Below, piece after piece: positions 12,490 to 23,859 of a stretch of DNA of 64,000 bases. Numbering within the stretch: the first letter of the stretch is position 1; the number at the start of each line of letters is the position of its first letter. Made by a program: the position numbers and the translations under genes. The notes under the pieces were generated by a model. The model made no database searches. It saw only the letters and a list, made by a program, of their open reading frames with translations, and was not told the DNA's origin. The DNA is from Phoronis australis (Eukaryota; Animalia; Phoronida), in contig NMRA01000700.1 of NCBI GenBank assembly GCA_002633005.1, positions 15,637 to 79,636 on the forward strand. The letters are read 5' to 3'.

Positions 12490-13340
12490 ATCACAGACAT
12501 CCTCAACTTCTGATCATCCTCAAAATACTATACCAAAAGGCATGACACTCGGAACTACGAATTCCATGAGGGATTCCCTTCACACAAAGATCTTCCCAAA
12601 AGCCAAGTGTTGGACCATTTAGTGTTATTTCGTAGTGTATTTTTGGAGGACCAGACTCAGAAGCTGAGGACGCCTGTGGTATGTCACAAACGTCCTCAGC
12701 TTCTGATCGTACCCAATACATTATAAACACATACAAGGTATAACACTCAGGACTAAAAATTTCATGGGTGCTCCACTTGATCAATACAGTAAATTTCCAC
12801 AAACCAGGAGTTCACCAAACCATAAGCAACTGTTCTTTCTTCTGATAGCATTTACAGTTTCTTGCTCTGGACAGCGGTCGAAGCACTAAATTCTGCCTAA
12901 AAAGAAGATGCTTACTGTCAATGTGTCCAACACAAGTCGATACTTAATCATCCCATGACTTACGGAAATACGACACTTGCCGATTTATCAGGGAAAGTTT
13001 CGCAATGGACTTTGTATGTGTGGAGTTATTAATGTCGTGGCCTTCCGCGACGAGTCTGCAATTTCCATGAGGCACATTGAAAGTATACGCATCCGTTTTT
13101 TTGGGAAGACTTTTGTGCTTTGATCGCAAATTTGTTGTAAACACGCTAGAGCAGGCCACCGTATATGCTACCAGAAGAAATAACAATTACCCGTGGTTTG
13201 TTGGACCCGTTTTGTGAACATTTATTGTGTTCTGTGTTTGATCTGGGCGGCTGAAATGGAACTCCTAATCCCGCGTGTCATATCTTATAGTGTATTGTAA
13301 TTTGTATTGAAGACAATCAGAAGCTGAGAACGTCTGTTAC
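12490..13340. mobile_element. Two adjacent foldback/MITE copies (about 12490-12680 and 12686-13340)
   Basis: Terminal motif acgtcctcagcttctgat vs atcagaagctgagaacgt in inverted orientation; internal arms 12790-12940 and 13070-13210 are diverged reverse complements; related end at about 21745-21770. Confidence 0.65.
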
Positions 13341-16336
13341 ATGATTCAGGTTTCGTATACTTTTACAGTCACTGGCTCGAAATTCAAAGTAAACAAATAT
13401 GAAACTTATCAGAAATCTGAAGTTCATTGTCAAAATCTTTCAACAGTCTGTCACACACGCTGGTTTCAGACTGTAGAAAACCTCTAAACAACTCAAGCCT
13501 TGAACGGAGATTTCAAAGTAGCGATTTTTAATGAGAATCATCCGGAGGAAGCTTTTCTTTAAAAAAGTAAAACTACAATGTAATAGATCTAGCTGTTGTT
13601 AAATTTTCTTTTATGAAAACTGAAAAAAATTTATGTCACACGTCTTATGGTAACTTCTTAAAGAATACATAAAAGTTTAAGTGTTTAAATACTGTGGGCT
13701 AGCCTGTATCTGCCCTCACGTGTTCAAGTCTGTGTTTATCGCACATGCATTACAATCGGGTTTGTACTCGTGGAGTGATACGGAAGGGTTCACTCGGTTA
13801 GTGTCGTTGAACGGTATTGGGCCATTAGTGACCCAGAAACGTGAAGCGGTATGCGGTACACGCGGTAAGAAGTAAAACGTATCCAGTCCTGGGCCAAAAG
13901 AGTCACGTGTACTGGGGTAGCAGGAAAATTTCCCATTAAAGAGATTTTCTTAGTTTGTTTATCCAAGATCTATCCTCAAACATATTTTGAACGTCCACAG
14001 AAAGCCACTTGGGTTGTACAAGCCCCTGAGTGAGACCCCATTTCAACACTACAAAAACGTTACGGATTTACCTCCCCTGTCACGTGATGAATACAACGGA
14101 ATCATTTCATTTGGTGGTCCCCAAATCGAAATTTTTAATTACATTATATGATTTCCTTTCATTGCATTCTATCTATCTGTTATTTATACAGGAAAATTGA
14201 TGTTTACAGAATGTAAAAACTTTTATTCATAAATCTTCGAAGGCCTATCGGTAAAAAGTAAAAGTTCCAAAAAGTAAAATTGGTGATTTTTGTTTCAGAA
14301 CAACACCATGATCACATATTCAAAGTTTAAGATAAATATAGAAGATGAACCCTAGAGTGATTTTTAGATTTCTTTTGATTTTCTCGTGGAATGGCTTTTT
14401 AAGCTGTGCTGATAACTAACCAGGTGATACCAGGATAAAAGGATAGAGACCACCCGGAGCGAGTATCTGGCCAACATGATTACCTAGCAGAGGACGAGTC
14501 AGATTCAATAATATGAAGATTAAACAGTAAGCCATTGTTCCGACAACAGCAGTTACGCTTCGCTCAGAATATCGAGGGTAATTTTAGGAGTACACCACGT
14601 GTTATTGGCACACATCATTTTGTTGACGCATTGTTAGTCCATAGCTAGGGGCAGCTGACGGGTTATGTTTATGTTTATGCTGTAAAATTCGTACCTTTGT
14701 GACAGGCAACATGGCAACATAACGTGCCCCCCCTGCCAAAAAATCAGCCACCACGAAGCAACTTCAGATTCGTTTTTTCTGTATTCAAACACGGTTCAAG
14801 TTTTCTAAACATGGTGAAAAATATTGTACATGTATGCGTGATGCTAAACCCCACCTAAATTACGTTTACATTAAACTTTGTCAGAAGTCAAATGTGTGTC
14901 TATTTCGACAGGGTTTAATCAATAAAAAACTCAACGTTGGTGATTACGGTGGTTAGCTAAGCAGGCCTTATAATTCCAAACACTACAACAACGAACTCAA
15001 ATGAACTGAAAGTATAACTCAACTCTGTTCACGATCACCTATCAATTGCAATGTTTTTACAAATTATGTCAGGTTGACATGCATACATGTAACGTAGGGG
15101 TTCGGTACAGCTGAAATGTAGTTGGTCATGCTGAGGTCGCATTGTTACCGCATAAATGCAGCCTTTCATGTTGTTTTCACCTTTCTTTTCTACCAGAGGC
15201 GACCAAATAAACGTGCAAAAGCGCGGTGCCATTTTTGAGTGACTACTTCAGCTTGATATAATTCTTGTCAAGAAAGATAGGTATTTAAATTGATCTCAAG
15301 CCATTTCGGTCACGATTTACTTCAAATTTTCTAAGGTCAGTCAACTTCCAACGCTACCACCTTGGCGACACGACAAAAATTGGAATGTTGAGCCAGTGAG
15401 TAAAGGTAATCTCAAACTGAAGACCGTGTACCAAGACAACGCTTAACATCATCGATAGACGGGATTGGAGTTTAGGGTCGATAAAAAGACCATATACATG
15501 TACGCTGGTGTGTTTTCCAAGAAAGAAGTTGAAATTGACTGGGATACGTCGAATTATAAGGACCATTTCTGGTCAGGTGCGATTAAAATAAATTCAATTA
15601 GATAACTCATGTTGCCATCAAAGTGTAGCCACGTATTAAGTTCATGGCCTAAATCACACTAGATAGTATTAAAGAAAGGAGAACGTTTACGATATTTGGG
15701 ATGAATTTCTGTCAACATGGCTGGATACTTATTTTTGCATTCAATAACCCGGGTCTTCTTCAAGCGTTTTGTCATTCTAGCACTTATCCTGGTTCGCAAT
15801 CTGTAGAGTTAAGCAAGGTAAACGGATCGAGAACTGTTAAGCCTTTATTAGCTCCGAATGCGAGTGGGTTAAAAGCGGTGTACAAAAGCAGTTTTTATAT
15901 TTCCCTGCGCTGTGATTAGCTCTTATAATGACATGGTAGAGAAGTCGGGACTATCCATTGGCTAATCCAGGTGTCACGACGATATAAGTTGAAGCGAAGC
16001 AGACACTTCAAACTTTCATCAGAGGAAGCTGAGATGAAGACCAAGTGCTCGGGAATCAGTTTGGGTAGTATCATTCTCAATAACACGGACCTTACAATTA
16101 GAGTATCAATTAACAATCCAATTGATAATTTATTCATAACTTTATTAACGTTTTTCATTCTTATTTCTATTGAAATTATCGACGTTCTTAAGCTTTTCAT
16201 TATTTCAATAAACTACTTTACTAATTGTGGTACAATTTTCCTGTCATTACTGATGGCTATTGTTGTTAAACCCACCGGGAGCTCGCCAGGATTGCAATTG
16301 TTGTACAATCGCAAAGAAAATAGTTTGTAGTATACA

Positions 16337-16340
<4 letters not shown>

Positions 16341-16398
<58 letters not shown>

Positions 16399-16404
16399 CG
16401 AGTC

Positions 16405-16460
<56 letters not shown>
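16341..16460. repeat. Compound (TG)n + (TA)n microsatellite
   Basis: (TG)n 16341-16396 and (TA)n 16411-16460. Confidence 0.98.
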
Positions 16461-16461
<1 letters not shown>

Positions 16462-16466
<5 letters not shown>

Positions 16467-17244
16467 AAGACACGACTTTGATCTGCTTTTACTAGTCTAA
16501 TTTCAGCTCTTTCAAACTCTCTAAATAGAGATCGTGTCTTTACATCACAACAGTGTGATTAAAATCCAAACGAAATCAGTAGGTATATGCAACATAATTC
16601 AAAAAGAGATATTTCGAGGGACGTACCTCTTCTTCAGGCGACTATTTACAACCATTTCACAGTGAAACGCACATCAGAAATGACGAATGCAATTTAACAC
16701 GTGAAATTGACATGCGCAACTATGACGATAAAAACGCACATATATAAATATACATGCGTTGCTGTGCAACATAATCTACAGATCACTTAAACATTGACAG
16801 AATCCTTCGAGTTCCAGTTAGCTGCTCATTCAAACTGGGTTTCTCATCCATTATTAGAAGCCACTTTAATGTTCGTAACCTTTCTACATAATTTTCAATG
16901 TATCTTATGGATGTATTATCGACAATCTCCTGACTAGTTATCTTGAGACCATAAATATTTTGAAAATGGTCTTTCATGGGCAGTTTTGTAAATGCATTGA
17001 AAGTCGTCGCGACAAGGAACACACTGTGTGCCCAGTGCAACAACTTCGTTTCTGATGTGAACGAAAACATTCGACCGCGGGACAACTGAACTCATAATCA
17101 ACATTATATCTAGCAAGAGAGTGGACCTTCTCACGACTAAAATTATTTCTCATCACTAAGTTATATGTCTTCATGTTCTTGTAATAAATAATTACTTCTA
17201 GTTTGTCATTAGAACTAGCAATTTTTTGTACATGATAATGTTGT
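16462..17244 (-). mobile_element. Penelope-like retroelement 3' fragment (GIY-YIG endonuclease + pLTR), family 1, disrupted
   Basis: Frameshifted translation NVDYEFSCPAVECFRSHQKRSCCTGHTVCSLSRRLSMHLQN...KDHFQN...EKPSLNEQLTG; inverted homologue of 18203-18895. Confidence 0.88.
16608..16640 (-). ncRNA. Minimal hammerhead ribozyme core in the Penelope pLTR (family 1)
   Basis: Minus strand gc-CTGAAGA-a-gagg-tacgtc-cctc-GAAA-tatc: conserved cores and stem II present; stem I imperfect. Confidence 0.6.
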
Positions 17245-17268
17245 TCAAGAAAACAACAACGGTTTTAA

Positions 17269-17316
17269 AACTTGACATGTTTCGGTGTCATTTATTAAAC
17301 ACCATCCTCAGAAGTC
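17269..17316 (-). ncRNA. Type I minimal hammerhead ribozyme, intact core
   Basis: Minus strand gactt-CTGAGGA-t-ggtgt-ttaataaatg-acacc-GAAA-cat-GTC-aagtt: stems I and II pair, palindromic minimal stem III, GUC cleavage triplet. Confidence 0.85.
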
Positions 17317-17912
17317 ATAATACAGTGGCCACCTAGCTAGGCCCAGTAACAAGTAATGACGCACAGATACAGTCAGTACTTTAAAATACCCTATGTTGGG
17401 TTTTAAACCAAAATTCCTCAACGAAAACTCAACAAATTGGTGAATGATTACCGTGTGAATTTAAGAGTTGTATTAGCATTCAAGTCCCTAAAACTGTCGA
17501 GTTTATTTGACCCTAAGGACAAAATTTCTATGGGTCTACGGTCCAGGGTAGTATACTGTGCTAGATGTGGCTCCAGTTACATAGGCGAAACTGTTCGCCA
17601 TTTGAAAACCAGGACCAAGGAACATCTAAATTCTGACAGTAATTCACATGTAAATATTCACCTGCACAGCGCCAATCATTGTTATCAGCAGTGCTCTTTC
17701 AATGGTTTTGCAATAATAGACCAGGCAGTAACAACAAAGGAGCTTAAAATTCGTGAGGCTTTACATATCAGTTGGTGCAAGCCCAATCTCAATAGGCAAC
17801 TGACACACCACAGGTTGTGATTGTTGGTCTATTTCATTGTCACTCCCTGTAACTGACTGTATCTGTGCTTCATTACTTGTTGCTGGGCCTAGCTAGGTGG
17901 CCACTGTATTAT

Positions 17913-17960
17913 GACTTCTGAGGATCGTGTTTAATAAATGACACCGAAACCTGTCAAGTT
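17913..17960 (+). ncRNA. Type I minimal hammerhead ribozyme, partner pLTR copy (two substitutions)
   Basis: gactt-CTGAGGA-tcgtgt...acacc-GAAA-cct-GTC-aagtt; stem II and the stem III palindrome each carry one change relative to 17269-17316. Confidence 0.75.
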
Positions 17961-17993
17961 TAAAACCGTTGTTGTTTTCTTGATTATATGCTG

Positions 17994-18221
17994 TTACTTA
18001 CTATCATGGAGATAATGTTGTTCATGTTTTGAGACAAACCGATTAATGTGCTTATCCACAAATGAATTTGTGTAACCATTATTTGTTACAAGTTGTTTTA
18101 CATGTTGGACTTCACTAATGAACAGTTTCCAGTCTGACGAAATAGTGTGAGCTCCCTCTAAGAGATTGACTAAAACAGCTATCGTATAACGCACAAGACA
18201 TTCATTTGTGGATAAGCACAT
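17994..18221 (-). mobile_element. Penelope-like RT thumb/linker fragment, family 1
   Basis: ...EGAHTISSDWKLFISEVQHVKQLVTNNGYTNSFVDKHINRF resembles the PLE post-RT RAxxISS...E...L.NNGY motif. Confidence 0.8.
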
Positions 18222-18895
18222 TAATCAGTTTGCCTCAAAAGTTGAACAATATTAGCATGTACAGAATTAACTGGTAATGTTAAAAAACTGTTCTACAAAA
18301 ACTGTATGTCTAAAAGTTATGTACAAGATAAACAAGCCCTAAAGAACATAATCAATAATAGAGTAATATTTGCTAATCCTAATGACAAAGTACAAGTCAT
18401 TATTTATTACACGAATATGAAGGCCTGTAATTTAGTGATGAGAAATAATATTAGTCGTGAGAAAGTCGGCTTAGTTGCTAGATGTAAGGTTGTTTATGAG
18501 TTCAGTTGTCCCGCAGTGGAATGTTTTCGTTCTCATCAGAAACAAAGTTGCATTGGGCACACAGTGTGTTCCTTGTCGCGACGACTTTCAATGCATTTAC
18601 AAAACGGCTCCATAAAAGACCATTTTCAAAATACTCATGGTCTCAAGATAACTGGTCAGGAGATTGTCGATAATACATCCATTAGATATATTGAAAATAA
18701 TGTGCACAGTTAACGAACATTAGAGTCGCTTCTAATAATGTATGAAAAACCCAGGTTGAATTAACTGGAACTCGAAGGACTCTATCATTATTTAAGTGAT
18801 CTGTTGTGATGTAATGACAAGACATCCATCAAGTGAGTTTGAAAGAACTGAAATTAGATTAGTAAAACAGATAAAAAGATTCAGTCAATATAATA
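18203..18895 (+). mobile_element. Penelope-like retroelement 3' fragment (GIY-YIG), family 1
   Basis: ORF 18306-18713 KVVYEFSCPAVECFRSHQKQSCIGHTVCSLSRRLSMHLQNGSIKDHFQNTHG; 3' tail shared with 16480-16550. Confidence 0.88.
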
Positions 18896-18939
18896 TGTAT
18901 ACACGAAAGATTACTGCCAAATTATGACGTGTGCATATA

Positions 18940-18975
18940 CTAAGGTATATAGATTTATATATGTATATATACCGC

Positions 18976-19021
<46 letters not shown>

Positions 19022-19040
19022 GTGTGTGTGTGTGTGTGTG
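18940..19040. repeat. (TA)n/(TG)n microsatellite
   Basis: Visible dinucleotide runs. Confidence 0.95.
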
Positions 19041-19352
19041 ACTGTATATAAACAATAGACGTGTGCGCAGCTTGATTGCCTTTTGATTGCTCCAGACAAA
19101 AGGCCTAACAAGTCAATTCCAGTTAAACAGATTCATTCAGTTCTACACCCTCAGTAAAATATTTATTTTAAACATGATCAAAAATTAATTGATTTTGGAA
19201 CAATTTGGTTAATGTTTTGTCCAAAGAAAAATGATGGCCCAAACTTAATATATCATTATTTAGTATCTTAAACTCTACTAGTTACTGATTTTTAGACAGT
19301 AGTAAATAATTACATCTCGTGATTTTATGTCTCAATTTTTGTGAATTTTCAG

Positions 19353-19391
19353 GCGCCGTTTCCTTTGTGGCCGCGTTATTGGCAGTTGATG
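19353..19391 (+). CDS. WSC gene A: 39-nt signal-peptide microexon (xAVSFVAALLAVD-G)
   Basis: ttttcag acceptor, gtatgt donor, phase 1-1; hydrophobic; same length, phase and pattern as 51836-51874; splices in frame to 34130. Confidence 0.65.
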
Positions 19392-19789
19392 GTATGTCTT
19401 TAGTGTTATTCAAGATAATATACCAGAATGGAGACAAAACCTTTAGTGTTTAATGGTTTATCTCATCATGATTTTTCAATGGCCTTACAAACTGGTTAAG
19501 ACCTAGGTTTTGTCTCCACAGTCGTATTGTCCGTGGGACGAGGTTGGACCGTGTAAACGGTAACTATGAGCCCTGCAATGTTGGTATGATACCACACTTG
19601 AGCATTGATAAACCCCCCTGGCATGCACAAGTACACACACGCAGACGCTACACGTGTATATGTCTTGCACCCAACAAGCTGGTATCCATGTTCACCAGTT
19701 GTTAATGAGTCTTACAACGTTTGCTTAATTGGTTCTACAAACGCAGAAACGCACATTTATGAGACGCACAAATGAACAGAATCTCAAGT

Positions 19790-20390
19790 CTCACCAGTTG
19801 AAAGACGTGGGAGCACGATACCTGCAGTTTGTTGTCACGGTGCAGTAGAGTAATCAGACGCGGACTTCTTAGCAAAAATGGAATCAATTCAAGTAAGGAG
19901 GCTAAGATCAAGGAGCACTCAGAATCCGGGTGCGATCGGCGGGTTGGTCGCCAAGCCACGACGAAGTAGTTAGTCCGCAGTATCCCTCGTTTCGTTATCC
20001 ATGACATACAATATAGAAGAGTGACTTCACATATTGACTTGAAACGGATGCAGTGACGTTAGGGTGGCCTGTTTAGGAAAGGAAAGCTCATGTATTCGAG
20101 TAGCCAAATAGTCAACACCCAAACGCTTAATCGAGCCAAGCCGGTACACTGTTTTATTTAGAACTGCCGCAGTTCTCTTTTGATGCACGACTTGGGTATT
20201 GTGCACCTTTAAGTTCCCACAGCTGGAGTACGCGACAGATTGGTATCAACATGTGAGTGTCAGATGACTCATTCGTATGTCGCGTGCTGTCCCCGAAGGG
20301 AGGGCTTGAGAATTCCTTGCCCACTTGTGCTGCAAGACAAGCCATGAGCGTCGTCGGTATCCATTTTCACGTTTGCTTTTTTGCGATAAA
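19790..20390 (-). mobile_element. Highly decayed non-LTR retrotransposon 3' end, CRE-like
   Basis: MDTDDAHGLSC followed by RH (zinc-knuckle DxxGxHxLSC...RH) and downstream YFVVA...FLLR...LLHRDN resembling the CRE FLxQRxSxAxQRGN motif; many stops and frameshifts. Confidence 0.4.
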
Positions 20391-21891
20391 AAACAGACTT
20401 AATTTCACACACACCATTCATTTCCTGGGATATTGTTTGTGGATAATCAGTACATCTTATTTGATCATTAAATATATTTTCCACCACAGATTTCGGTAAG
20501 TTTACTGTTGTCAGAATTATTACGAAACGTAGCTGTTGTATGGAGTTTAACATGTGTGCCAATGCTAGTAGTGAGTGAATTGTTAGCTCTACGCCACTGC
20601 TCAGTGTGTTAAGCTGGAAACGTGATTTACCTGACACGATTGTTTTGGCTAGTAATCGCATGATCAATCATCGTTGATGCGTAACTTTGGCGGTGTTTCC
20701 AATTGGTGAGATTCCTTGGGCAAACTACTTAGTTTTTGACAGGCAATTAAACTGTTTAGGCTGTGATTATTGCGCAGTGGCGGATTTAGGGTTTTCCTAG
20801 ATCCCTTATTTCAGTTCAGGGTGCGAATTGCTAACTGGCATATTTAGGCTGAATGCTAGCTTTTAGCGAAATTTTGTTTGCCCTGGGCCCCAATGACTCA
20901 AAATCCTGAATCAGTCCCTGGTGCGGTTATGCACAACGAAGAAGTCAATAGACCAGTCTACTGTGACTCTTCGAAAGGATAAATGGGGTTTTCGATATGG
21001 GCACAAAAATGGGGGCCACAAAATGTGTACTAAGTATTTAGTGATTGTGTGGAATCAAACAAAACTATGTATAATGTACGAACGTATATGTATTTAACAT
21101 ATATCAAAAGCAGATGGTTCATTTTCCTTGTCTTCAAGTAGGAACATTTCCAAATATCAACTAACTTGTTTGCTTCAGGATATGCTACTTGAAGCCCGCG
21201 TTTCCTAATGGCTTATTAGATTACTGTGTCATTAATGACTGGGTGTTGTCGATTTTCGTTTTACACTGTTTCAAAAATCACAACGATAAAATTTTGATAT
21301 ACGTACGTTTTATAAAAACATTTCATGAAAAAGCTATATGGTGTGGAACATATTATACATGGGCTGCCGAAATAGGTCCTATATCTCGGTTTGTTTGATG
21401 CATCATAATTGACATGGGTAACTCTTAGATTTACACGGGTTAATCAATGCAGTGCTTCAATGGACGGTTGTCTTTACTGGCGTGTTCGTCAATAACAATT
21501 TAAAGACATTTTGCGTCCACTGTGGCCCAACCTCTTTTTGACAGCGAATTTTTTGCGAACTCGGTAGAGCAGGACACTATAATTGTATTGGCAGAAAGAA
21601 CAATTCCTCATGGTTTGTTGAACCCATGTTTTATATAAATGTTTAGAGTTTTGTGTATGCTATGGACGACTGAAGTGAAGCACTCGTGGAATTTCTAGTC
21701 CGGAGTGTCATACTTTGTAGTATATATTTAGTGCATTAGGGACGATCAGATGCTGAGGACGCCTGTGCTTCAGATGCAATAAAACTCGGACACCCGAGGC
21801 CGTGAGAACTCTTGCTTGATCAGCATTTGCTGACAGAGAGATGTGAACAAATAATCAGATCACATACATTCCAGTCATTTTATGACTCCAG

Positions 21892-22782
21892 TGCCCCGTT
21901 GCATGAAACAGTCCCTAATTGGGGACTTAACCAAGTTTCCGAGCTATTTAGGGAAATCCCTGTAAGGATTTTGTTTTAAGGACTGTTGCATGAAGATGCC
22001 CTACGCTCGGTCCTTATTGGGAGCGCTCTCAATCCGAAGTAAGTTCCCAAAGTAGAGCAATCCCGATGATTGCCTTAGCTAAGGTCTCTTGATATGGTGA
22101 AAATTACTATCAACGAGAGAAAACATGTCGCATTTACGCCATCTGTCCCACCTTTAATTGTTGGAGTTGACTGTGCAGTCAAAGTCAATTATCTGAGAAT
22201 TCGAGTTTTCTACTGCTGTTGAGAAAGCAGACGATGGATTGTGGCCGCCCACGCTAATGTAAATTAAAAAAGCGAACTGGTGAGAATACCAAAATCTCCG
22301 GCAGGAGTCGTTGCACTTCCCAACGCGATGTTAAAACCGTGTCCTACGAAAATTAAGTGAGACGTGTGGTAAGTCGTAGTAACTGTATATTCAGTTCATG
22401 ATGGAACTTCTAACCTGTACAGAGGGTGCGATCATGTTTTTCTTGATCGACACCTCCAGCTTCTCTCCAAACTTTCTAACTATCACGAAAATCCCAGCCC
22501 TTGAAAATCTAAATCTTTCGTTTAGCTCACTGTCGCTAAACGTCTCGAGCCGGCTAGTTGTGTCGCGGAAAATTCTTTTTTCAACAGCAACATGAGCTTG
22601 ATCAGCCATTTTATTCTTATGGACTCAACTTAGGGACTTATTTTGGGTAACCCCAAAAGTTGAGTCCCTACTTGATGCCTAAACTACCTGGGAACTTTTC
22701 ATGCAACAGTCCCTAAACTTTGCGACGTCCCTAAAACTTAAGGACACCCCTAATATATAGGGACTGTTTCATGAAACGGGCA
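21892..22782 (-). mobile_element. PIF/Harbinger internal-deletion derivative with TIRs and CAG TSD
   Basis: TIR tgccccgttgcatgaaacagtcccta / tagggactgtttcatgaaacgggca; CAG on both flanks (21889-21891, 22783-22785, CWG type). ORF 22391-22609 (RIFRDTTSRLETFSDSELNERFRFSRAGI) resembles a Harbinger transposase N-terminus; repeated gggact/agtccc subterminal motifs. Confidence 0.9.
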
Positions 22783-23859
22783 CAGAGGGCCCTAACTAGA
22801 AAAAATTGCAACAGGAGGTTTTTTCCATCAATGGCATCTTCAAACATCCTTGGGGGCCAGAAAAATGTCTACCGAAATCGGATGTCGGTTTTTCAAGATG
22901 GCGAAAAAAATAGCCGTCAAAAACGGGGATTACTGCTTTCTGGCATGTAACTCATATGTAAAAGCTGGAAATAAAACAAAATATTTTGTCATTGATTATA
23001 TACATTTCACAACAGGCATGTCAGTCAAAACGTGCCAATTTTCCGTAAAATAAAACCAATGTGGCCGACAAATTAAGGCCGAATCGGCAATTTGCTTCAT
23101 CTTAAAAGATTTCTTTAATATTTTCCCTGAAAATGGCAAAACTTGTATTCTTTTGTAAGTTAGACAATTGAACATATCCCAAATTTACAGTAGGTCAATG
23201 ATTGGAGAGAAAAAATCAAGATTTCTGACAAAATGATAGCCAAAATGGCCACCAATTCACAAACCCCAATTTACCGCATTTACGTTTTGCAAACTTTGTT
23301 TGTAACCTGATTGGCGTTTACACAAAAACATTATACAATTTAAAGTCAAGGTTACTGTGTTAATTGTTTCTACAATTTGTTTTTAAAATTTAGATATTTA
23401 ATGTCGGATTTTAATCACAAATTAGATTATACAACATCAAAGTTTGTGTATTTTTCAGAAAAGGCTTTATTTAAATTTCGTAATAAATTTCACAAACTCA
23501 ATAAGTTTCTGCAAAATATATTCATTTGAGGTATCAGAAATAATAATTTTTAGAAATATATGTAATTTTGGTGGTTATTGGCTTATTCATTACAGGTACC
23601 TAAATAAAATTCGGCGACTTTTTTCTCTGCTATTGCAGATATTATTAGATGTTCTCAAGCAATGATTTCGTCTGCCGCTAGCATGTGTTGAGAGTTTGGC
23701 TGCTGGTTTCACTTGAATTTGATGAAAACAAATAAAGTTGTGTGCAAAAAGGTTAATAATGAAACATTTACTACTCACAATTTGTTAAATATGCATGCTT
23801 TTTATGAGCATCGGTAACTGATTTTAAAAGAAACTAGTGGCATCAAACCAAACGATGGT

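Larger units (their letters stand above)
17245..17983 (+). mobile_element. Nested 5'-truncated Penelope-like element (family 2) with inverted pLTRs
   Basis: ~133-bp inverted repeats 17245-17377 and 17852-17983 flank a GIY-YIG frame (KDK...SRVVYCARCGSSYIGETVRHLKTRTKEH...LKIREALHISWCKPNLNRQ, about 17380-17820). Confidence 0.92.

Noticed and set aside
16213-16473. ORF with YI/TH repeats (similarly 18911-19111)
   Set aside because: Translation of microsatellites.
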